From positions 238,136-302,135 of the forward strand of contig NW_018406643.1 of NCBI RefSeq assembly GCF_002113885.1: a stretch of 64,000 nt of DNA, given 5' to 3'. The notes beneath the pieces are model-generated. The model was not told the DNA's origin, searched no databases, and saw only the letters and a list, made by a program, of their open reading frames with translations. Positions 55,253 through 64,000 of the stretch are shown piece after piece. This DNA comes from Mizuhopecten yessoensis (taxonomy: Eukaryota). The position numbers and the translations under genes were made by a program. Numbering within the stretch: the stretch's first letter is position 1; each line of letters begins with the position of its first letter.

Positions 55253-56607
55253 TCATATAATGAATATTTATCAGACTCCATTTACACAATGTCCTTTTTC
55301 TGTATTTAACAATTTTGATATTCATTTTATGCAAATTATTAAAAACAATTTGACTTTTCAGACCTTGTACGTTTGATAAATCGTAGTACAATGGAGGCGG
55401 AACAGTTATGAGGTTTCACAACATGGTGATTTATCACGATGTCATAACCAAACGTCAAGTGTATATATAATAAATTAATTTGTGGACAGCGTTCCCTGGA
55501 GAGCATTGTACCTAAACCATAATGCAATTTTTTACATCCTGAATCTCTGTGAAAGCCCAACATGGGAGTGTCGCAGATGATCAAACCCGCTACACACATT
55601 TACACAAGTTTTGTGTTGATCAGTTTTAAAACCCATTAAGAGTTACGTACATGTCCCCAAGCAAAAAATCATTTTATGTTTTTTTTTCATTCCAAACCTA
55701 TAGGAATTGGCTTAATGGAATAAAAAAAAGATTTCGTCGGAAGATTATTGTCTAAATTATGTCTTTTTCATATAACACGAATCTTTTAAGCGAATTTTGA
55801 ACTTTGATCCGAGCTAATGTACATGTACTATACTGGTTATTCTCTAGGACAAACAAGTTTGCTTAGATTATTTTCAAGGTTTGAAATAAGAAAAGTCTTT
55901 AAAGGACATATATAATACAGATAACTTAATCAAATAAAACGTTTTAATTGACAGTCAGTCTGAGTCAGATCTTTTTGAAACTGGCAAGGAGGTTCGATAA
56001 TTCACTAATAATAAAACATTTCATGGCAGAGAACATGAAACTTCATTATATCAAAAAGCCAATTGGTATTTGGAAATCAATAATTAATTAATACTCCCTT
56101 CTGCAGTATATTTTCTACACAATAATGTTTATACATCATATAATGACATACTGGCAAATTACCGCCCGGTCAATTTTCGGAATATTCCGTCTAAATCATG
56201 CCAGTTCTCAACATAAAAGCATTCTTCTCAATTAATTTTATTGTTCAGAACCTCAAAAATTTCATCATTAAAATATCATAGATATAGCATTCATGATGCA
56301 GCACAGATGGATTTATGAACTAAATATGTTAATGGTCTCCTTGTATAAACTGTTATACCCTATGAAGCTCACAGGCTTTTGTGCCAGTATAATGCAATAC
56401 AATTAGGCGACAATCTAAATCAAAATTTATTATCTGCACTTTCCCTCCTTCCCTTGTTTTTAATGCCAACCCTTAAATTTTTGGATAATTCTTACAAGCA
56501 CTGTTTAAACAGATCTGGAGGAATTTCTGGGCTTATGGATCCAAACTCCCATTCCTGTCTGGAAATTTTCTTAAAAACCATATATTTTGCAATTTTACCA
56601 TTTAAGC

Positions 56608-57231
56608 NNNNNNNNNNNNNNNNNNNNNNNNNNNNNNNNNNNNNNNNNNNNNNNNNNNNNNNNNNNNNNNNNNNNNNNNNNNNNNNNNNNNNNNNNNNNN
56701 NNNNNNNNNNNNNNNNNNNNNNNNNNNNNNNNNNNNNNNNNNNNNNNNNNNNNNNNNNNNNNNNNNNNNNNNNNNNNNNNNNNNNNNNNNNNNNNNNNNN
56801 NNNNNNNNNNNNNNNNNNNNNNNNNNNNNNNNNNNNNNNNNNNNNNNNNNNNNNNNNNNNNNNNNNNNNNNNNNNNNNNNNNNNNNNNNNNNNNNNNNNN
56901 NNNNNNNNNNNNNNNNNNNNNNNNNNNNNNNNNNNNNNNNNNNNNNNNNNNNNNNNNNNNNNNNNNNNNNNNNNNNNNNNNNNNNNNNNNNNNNNNNNNN
57001 NNNNNNNNNNNNNNNNNNNNNNNNNNNNNNNNNNNNNNNNNNNNNNNNNNNNNNNNNNNNNNNNNNNNNNNNNNNNNNNNNNNNNNNNNNNNNNNNNNNN
57101 NNNNNNNNNNNNNNNNNNNNNNNNNNNNNNNNNNNNNNNNNNNNNNNNNNNNNNNNNNNNNNNNNNNNNNNNNNNNNNNNNNNNNNNNNNNNNNNNNNNN
57201 NNNNNNNNNNNNNNNNNNNNNNNNNNNNNNN
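56608..57231. other. Assembly gap (624 N) ending at a C20 homopolymer
   Basis: N run followed by poly-C at 57232-57251. Confidence 0.99.
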
Positions 57232-57439
57232 NCCCCCCCCCCCCCCCCCCCTACGGTTTAATTATAAAACGTGTTAAACTAATTGAACCAATCTGATTTG
57301 AATGAATTACTGATTTTTGTAATGTAACAATGTAATACAAATTAAAACATTGTATGAATTTAGAAAAAAAAGGAAACGTTTTTTTCTGGATCCTCGTGGC
57401 TTTTCCCCTAGCTTTACTATTTTAATATAAATATATAGC

Positions 57440-57473
57440 AACGGATTTAGATTTGATGTTATCTAAGTCCGTG
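57440..57473. mobile_element. 34-bp micro-foldback with 7-bp TSD ATATAGC
   Basis: ATATAGC-AACGGATTTAGATTTGATGTTATCTAAGTCCGTG-ATATAGC. Confidence 0.75.
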
Positions 57474-58084
57474 ATATAGCATAATGGATTATCTTAGTTG
57501 AAAAGATCGATTTGGAAAATATATCTTTTAATTTCATTAAATTAATCTATCGTTCGAAGGAATCCGATTCAATTCAAGTTAATCCTGTCTGAGGTTAGTT
57601 TGACAGTTAAATTTAAGTGAAGGATGATCATCAATATTGTCAGTCTAGGACCGTTATCTAGGGGAGACAGCGTGTGGTCAATTTGTCGACGTCCAGGTGA
57701 GAGGGCGGTCAAATCTCTCCGAATCTGTCGTCTGCTCGTTAAAAGTACGCAATAGCTCTCTCTGCTTGGATCGTCAACAACCCACTGTAGACCGAATGTA
57801 CACTTTCACTTCAAAATCTCACAATTCTTACAACACGCTACTAAGATATTTACTCAAAAGAATCCCATGAAAAGATATTTGTAAAAGGATTTTAGACACA
57901 CCGGTCCCGTGAAACCCACAGCACATGCCATCAGTCCGACATGGTTCGATAGCTAGGACAAGTGTACTACATACTATACAAACCCTAGCAGATGACACAT
58001 GTGTATGTTAGCGTTATAAAGGTAAACCCGTTCACTCAATATTAACGAACTGACAGTTTCACTGATAGAAAAGTAGGCACCCAC

Positions 58085-58170
58085 CTGTCATCATAAGCGA
58101 AATCAGCGTCCAATGTGTTAAGATAGAGAACTAGGGCGAGTGAACTCGTCGCCAGAATAGAGTATTCCAT
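58085..58170 (-). CDS. TMTC2: TMTC2 coding exon 1 (MEYSILATSSLALVLYLNTLDADFAYDD+AG)
   Basis: Manual translation matches the TMTC N-terminus (hydrophobic helix, LYLNTLxADFxYDD). 86 nt, ends AG|GTGGGT, phase 2, joins exon 2 to give DD-S-RAI. Not in the ORF track. Confidence 0.93.
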
Positions 58171-58450
58171 CCTTCTCCATATCAAGCCATCGTTTTCACT
58201 GACAACTGGAAGAAACAGTTACTCCACTTGTAACCCGCCACGCGCATGCCCGGACGGTCTATAGCTAATATTTGGTCTGTGTGTTCGCTTTCATACTTGA
58301 ACAGATCTAAAGTGCCCTTTCAAATAAAGGTACGCTGTCAACGCGAGAGTCAACGCGAGAGAGATGTACATGCACGCATACATAAATAAATAACTACTAA
58401 TTCAACTATTTGAAAGGCACAGCTGTACTAAGGCGGGTTTTTTTCAATCG
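58171..58450 (-). promoter_or_regulatory. Putative TMTC2 5'UTR / core promoter with uORFs
   Basis: CpG-rich relative to the introns. NRF1-like CGCGCATGCC (58241-58250), Inr-like TCAGT near 58200, tandem GTCAACGCGAGA x2 (58337-58360), upstream ATGs at 58190 and 58180. Confidence 0.6.
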
Positions 58451-60154
58451 GAGATTTACAACCTTCGCAAAACCAGAAGGAATGACATTTCTATAGTTTG
58501 GGCGTTTGTTTTCTGTTTTAAGCTGTTTTAGATAGCGTTATCTTTATTTCCTATGTAAAACTGCATGTATGTAAACAGTGTTGTTCATTTCATAAGCTTT
58601 ACAAGAGTGGCAACTTCAACTTCAGTCCAATGAATCGAGATAAAATATTTTTTTGGATCTGGAATCATTTTTTTTAAGATCTAACACTCAACTCTCCTCA
58701 GTCCAAGATTACAGATTTGCTTATAATGAAGTAAATTTGATAACATTAGATTCTCGTGCAGTTCCAACGGTCATCAATTACTTTTATTAGGAGAAATAAC
58801 GGCTTAATTCGGAATATAGATATAGTCAGATCCATGTAACTTGGTGTCTTTTTAGCGTTCAAAATTTGAATTTATTGTTAATTAGTGTGATTTAGATTAT
58901 GATATGAATTCCTATGAAATGATCAATCTTTTTATTTTCATTTGATATTTTTTTCTTTATATTTAATTTTGGTAGCGCACTGCATTTCAGGCGCCGTTGT
59001 TTACCCATCAGAGATGTAAATATACCACAATAAAAATATACGTTTTTGATCCCATTAATAATATTATGCAGCATTACAAAATGACCTCGGCTACAGAACT
59101 AAATTATTTATAATCATTGCTCTAATTTGTTGAAATGCACTTTCACTTCCCATAAACTATGAACTGATAACATCACGGAAGCTGGACCCTGGACACTGAG
59201 GAGATGTATATACATGATGACCTATTGTGTAATAGGTGAAAAAACACCATACATCTGTCTAGATCTGTGTCCGATGTGTGGTCGTACATTTCGCTTTTAA
59301 AGATAGTGCCGCATTTATCTACGTATATAGCCACTAATGCATTTCTAGGTTATCTTAGACATAAAGTCAACACCAGATGGAGAATCTATCTAACGGGGAA
59401 AGGTCGCTTTTATATATCACCGAGGTATTATCAGGAACCAGATATTTGAAGACTTGTTAGCTTAATATTACAATTCTTCAAATCGACAATTGAGAATTCC
59501 TTTCATAAAGCACCTACACACAATAGTGTTATTTTCTTTAAAATATTCTACAGTCATGTTTTAAATCCAAAACTAACGCGCTATTGTTTCAAGCTTTGAT
59601 AATGATGACAGTATGATCGTTACAAAATTCAGTTAATTTGTTTTTAAGATGACACATTTTGATACAACGGGGTAATTTCGACCGTTTTACAAAGTCTTGT
59701 TAGTTACACATTCAATAACTAAACATTCAAACGTTTTATTTTTTAAATTTCGTAAAAGTCCTGTTTTGTTGTGTTGTCGACTTAATATATTAATTTTATT
59801 CTCTTTTGATTCATGTTTACGTTTTTGATTTATTGTTTTTTTAAACTGTTTTGGGTGCACACAAAGTTAACGCTAACTTATAAGTAAGTTGATAAGGCCG
59901 CGAACAAACGGTTAATTACATCACTACATATAACAACTTCTAATTATATAAACAGTTTATCACTGGAAACATCCTAACATTACCGGGAATATTATATCAA
60001 ACATTCCTCTGTTATTATTACACATAGCTATCTATCATTATATAGCACAGATTAAAAGCACAAAAGTCATCTAAAAAATTGCGTTTTGGTGGACAGCAGT
60101 AAATATGGTAATAACTCAAAGGTCTTTACATGATCGTCATAAAAAGTGAAAATA

Positions 60155-60245
60155 TTAACTCATTCACCCCTTCAGACACATTTGAACTCTTCTAATTCAA
60201 ACGTTGAAATAGTTCATTATGAAATTTCAGGGGTGAATGAATTAA
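60155..60245 (-). mobile_element. TTAA MITE subfamily A
   Basis: 91 bp with TTAA at both ends. Confidence 0.9.
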
Positions 60246-61559
60246 TCGATGTGAGAGTACAGTTTGAATTAAGGATCGCCGTAACACTGCCTGTGAGGAA
60301 TTGAAAACCAACATAAAAATAGCTTTAATAAATCATTTATGAAAAGAAATCCATACATGTATGTACCTTGCAGAACATTAATGCAAAATTAATAAATAAA
60401 AAGTATTCTAAGTTAAAAAATAAATACAATGGAACGAGACCAGAATTCGAACCATTGGCCTATAGCTAGCTATACCTGATTATATTCAAAAAGGGGAGGT
60501 TACTGTGTAATGAAAAAACTATGGTAGACTTTTCCAGTGTTATGCTGCCTGCATCATGACTTTAAAGAGAAAACTCAGATAATTCACTTTTGAAAATTCA
60601 TACTACACACAAGTACATTTCCGCCCCCCCCCCCCTTTTTTTTGAGGGGTTGTTATTCTCGAGGGTATTTCGCTAATATTCATGATTCAAATACGAAACG
60701 TATCTAAAAGCATAAAATAGTGTTAGTGCGAACCATGTAATGTTTCAAATTTTCGGAATGCTTCACCCCTATTATTCTGCTATATAAATAGTAGGTAAAA
60801 AAGAAATACGTAAAACGCCATTGTTATGATAAAAGAGTCACAATGTTCATTGTTCTTTTTCTGTATATTGGGGGTAATGTAAAATGGTATTAAGGGAGAC
60901 AACTCTCATACACTCATAGATATATAGCTGAATGTAGCATGCAATCTTAAGTCAATTCTCGCTTAAACTGTTCTGGACCGTTCTGATTGTTGATATTGGC
61001 TTTTCATTTGCTTTCTAAATGAAACTAATTAAAGTTATTTTTTAACTGAAACGTTTTAGTCATTCCTTATTTTGTCTTCGAAATGTCAACGAGTGACCTT
61101 GAATTCTGAACACGATATTGCGACAGACTTAAAGTTAATTGCCTCGTCATAACGAGTAAACTGTCACTATCTTCATTAGGCCCATTTGCTTAATGACGCT
61201 GCGTTCTACTACTCATTTAATGAGGAGAAAACCCCCATAGTTTGGAGCTTAACCGATCGTTGTCCGCCAAAACACATAACTGGTCAATGTGAACGGATTT
61301 AAAATATTTATGTTTTCTAGACACGACGAGGTTCCTAAATTGGAAGAGAGTCATTGACCTGATTCGGAATAAAATTTGTAGGGAGTATTATCAGACAATT
61401 AAGGGGTTTAGATCAACACTCGGTAAAAATGCCACCCCAACCAAGGTATAGACTAGTCTACATATAGTAAGATTTCGGATGGGGAGATTTTATTCTCAAT
61501 GCCCTGTGTCTTTTTAATCACTCCGGTGACATGTTGCATTTATATCATATGGTCTGAGA

Positions 61560-61663
61560 CACAGGTACTGGACAAACCAATCGTAATATGATGTGTATAT
61601 ATACTTAGTACTATTATATAGTATATACACATCATATTACTATTAGTGTATCCAGCACCTGTG
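61560..61663. mobile_element. 104-bp foldback MITE, CACAG termini, 7/8-bp TSD GTCTGAG(A/G)
   Basis: 42-bp arms with 5 mismatches; flanks GTCTGAGA / GTCTGAGG. Confidence 0.85.
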
Positions 61664-61787
61664 GTCTGAGGGGCATGTTTTGCAACCATTACAGCAGTTA
61701 TAAGACGGTTTCAATTGATCTTTTAGGCAATAAACATCGAGGTACCTATCGCGAATTAGAAAATGAAACTACTTACTATATATATAT

Positions 61788-62100
61788 ATCAATGACAATG
61801 ACAATTGTTTTACTCTCATAAACAATACAGTGTAGAGAATACATATATACAAATGGGTGGCAATAATACATGGTATATCAATGCAAGTGTTCATATCAGG
61901 TCAGCAGAGAATAGAAAAGATTAAAGCTAAATCCTGCAAATGGGGATGGGGTGGGTGGTAAGATGGAAGGGCGGGTGCATCAGTTGGCTTCCACGGCCAT
62001 TCAGTGAGACACAACAGGTCTATTCTAAGCGTATTAGAATAGGATGTCCATTACCAACCTTGACTCTAAGAATGTAATGCTGCATATTTCTTCGATTTTG
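61788..62100 (-). mobile_element. Possible 3' end of a non-LTR retrotransposon
   Basis: The minus strand ends GAGAGTAAAACAATTGTCATTGTCATTG, a short tandem tail of CR1-type appearance. No ORF remnant recognised. Confidence 0.35.
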
Positions 62101-62911
62101 CGCCCTTAGTTTCACGAACTCATGTTTCCGTAACTAAATGTCTTACTGTCTTTTTTATTGTTTCCATGGCACTTGAATTCCTGTCAGGAATCATTCGAGA
62201 TTTTCTACTATAAAACCTGCCTTTTTGGTAATGTTTTACGGGAACCTCCGAACCGAAATAAGCCATTGACAACAGACTGGCACGCGTCCCAGTACGACAA
62301 CGGACTAACCAGGGGAGCTCAGCAGACACAATCGAAAGGGAAGCTATCATTGTGTCCCGGAGAAGAGGAAATGTAAGGAAAAGGATTTATCGTGAAAGGT
62401 TTATTAATTGGCGTAGAGGCTCCATTGGTTTTCCTATTGTATACGAGCTATACGTCTCGAATATTCGACACTATACCTTACTGTCTTCATTAGTTAAGAC
62501 ATGGCGCGGGCACACGTGAACACTTATTGAAGTGTGACAGGTGTCGTTAGTCAGGTGAGAAAATGACAGGTACATACAAGGTGACAGACCATATAAGTAC
62601 CCTGGTATTGTCTGTGAAAGGTGAAGTACAATGTAACGTGAAGCGGCTAGCCAGTGTCTACCCGAGATAAAATCAACCATACAGAAACTCAAAGATAAGC
62701 ATGATGATGGCCACGCGTACCCCAAAAAGCAAAGACCGTACAAGGCTTAAATTGTAACAGTAGCTAGGAAGGAAGTTGTGAATAGAACGTATACTTCCGC
62801 TGGAGGTCGCACCTCAAACTCTGGACGCGTTAATTTACTGTTGAGCTAGTCGAAGCTAGCTATATATAGTAAGGCTACCTCCGAGTCCTATGTATTACAT
62901 ATGATAAAAAG

Positions 62912-63053
62912 CACAGGGACCTGATAATTTGTTTTCATCATTGGGGTGGCATTTTTACTAAAAGTTGATATAAACCCATAAAACGTGTAAAATTACTCTG
63001 AACACCTTAGTTTAGGTCCAAATATAATTGTAACAAATTATCAGGTCCCTGTG
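62912..63053. mobile_element. 142-bp MITE with perfect 22-bp TIR CACAGGGACCTGATAATTTGTT
   Basis: TIR is directly visible and the TSD is unclear. The interior has an inverted homologue at ~61381-61440. Confidence 0.85.
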
Positions 63054-63507
63054 ATATATACGTCTCTGCATGGTTACAATGCCACTATATATATACTACT
63101 CACATACTTTTACACTAGCTACTCTGCTTTTTTTCTTTTTCCTCGCCTCCGAAGATTACAATTAGCTTTCCGCCAAGGGTTCTCAGCTCCGGAGCATATC
63201 AACTCACAAAGCTGTAATTTAGGAGGGAATACATATTTACTTTTAATGGGGATCGAACAAGCTATATGTAGCCATTAAGCTCCAGTCGGGCGTTCTATCG
63301 CTAAACTCAAAGGGAATCTGAGCTAGTAAGGCATCAATCGGGTCCCGTCGGCACTTTCCGTAAACGAGAAAGTATTTTCTCGTTTCGGAAATTGCCGACG
63401 GTTCCCGATTGGTAAGGCATATGTATACCGGTAAAAATACTGAAATCTAAAAGATTTGTCAATTTTCAGCAATGCATATAAACGTTTTCGCTAAGGACCC
63501 GTTAGAC

Positions 63508-63534
63508 CACGGAATTAAATTATCTAAGTCCGTG
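63508..63534. mobile_element. 27-bp micro-foldback with 7-bp TSD GTTAGAC
   Basis: GTTAGAC-CACGGAATTAAATTATCTAAGTCCGTG-GTTAGAC; right 15 nt identical to the 57440 element. Confidence 0.8.
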
Positions 63535-63980
63535 GTTAGACTGATCAGGCCTTGAACAGTAGGACCCAAGGTCTTGATGATGACTATAAAAGAGGTCCTC
63601 AGCTTAGATTGAAGCGTCCCCGACACGAAACCTTGACTACGTGGTCAATTGGTCAGCTTTGGTGTACATTGTGTCTATTTAGAGTATTCTGATACTTAGA
63701 AACTTGGAAAAGCTAATCCACAAGGATAAGTACAATGCACAAGGAAGAAAGGGAGGCTGGTAATTTACTGGCGTGGCAAGATAAAAACAATTGAGAAATT
63801 CAGTTTTAAGTCTTACGTTTTGGTATAAATCATAAGACCGTTTAAGTGTTAATACAGTATATAAATACTACATTCATTAGAGTGTGACAGAGTCTATGGT
63901 CACCCCTCGGATATCACTGTCATCCCCGGTTTTACTGTAATGAATGTAGCATTTATTTTCGTATACCGAAAGCCAACAAC

Positions 63981-64000
63981 ATGGCGACTGAAACGAACCG
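63981..64000 (+). CDS. Possible start of a divergent neighbouring gene (MATETN...)
   Basis: CAACAAC-ATG-GCG is a strong Kozak / YY1-like AACATGGCG context in CpG-containing sequence. Only 20 nt are visible. Confidence 0.3.

Noticed and set aside
56379-57296. 305-aa and 224-aa ORFs
   Set aside because: Artefacts of the N gap and the poly-C tract.
59663-59992. pogo-like element with CGGGGTAATTTCG / CATTACCGGG ends
   Set aside because: The inverted match is too short and degenerate to support without a library search.
63200-63330. Minus-strand tRNA-like B box (GTTCGATCCC); similar at ~60445
   Set aside because: No cloverleaf or clear A box; at most a decayed repeat remnant.

Overview
AT-rich eukaryotic genomic DNA. 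The repeat types (V-, Meta- and Deu-type tRNA SINEs, pearl/HINE-like elements) suggest a bivalve mollusc, possibly a scallop; this is inference. Almost the whole window is the 5' part of one minus-strand gene, TMTC2 (ER protein O-mannosyltransferase, GT-C fold plus TPRs). I reconstructed six in-phase GT-AG exons: 58170-58085, 27703-27130, 15094-14209, 12889-12775, 11375-11290 and 362-301 (1809 nt, 603 codons). The gene continues past the left edge. Four of these exons are absent from the ORF track. The introns (30.4, 12.0, 1.3, 1.4 and 10.9 kb) hold SINEs, Helentron-associated elements, MITEs, minisatellites, candidate enhancers and a 624-N gap. I found no prokaryote-type system, autonomous transposon or credible RNA gene. 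The most interesting signals are: (i) tiny CANRG-ended foldback elements (27-142 bp), several with 7-bp target-site duplications, P-superfamily-like; (ii) TTAA-flanked MITEs whose three diverged subfamilies all keep an 83-bp colinear body, two abutting splice donors and one pair inverted around exon 3; (iii) three strong-context ATGs at 10-nt spacing, one per reading frame, at the TMTC2 start; (iv) a nested-palindrome element resembling recombinase sites. A divergent gene may start in the last 20 nt.
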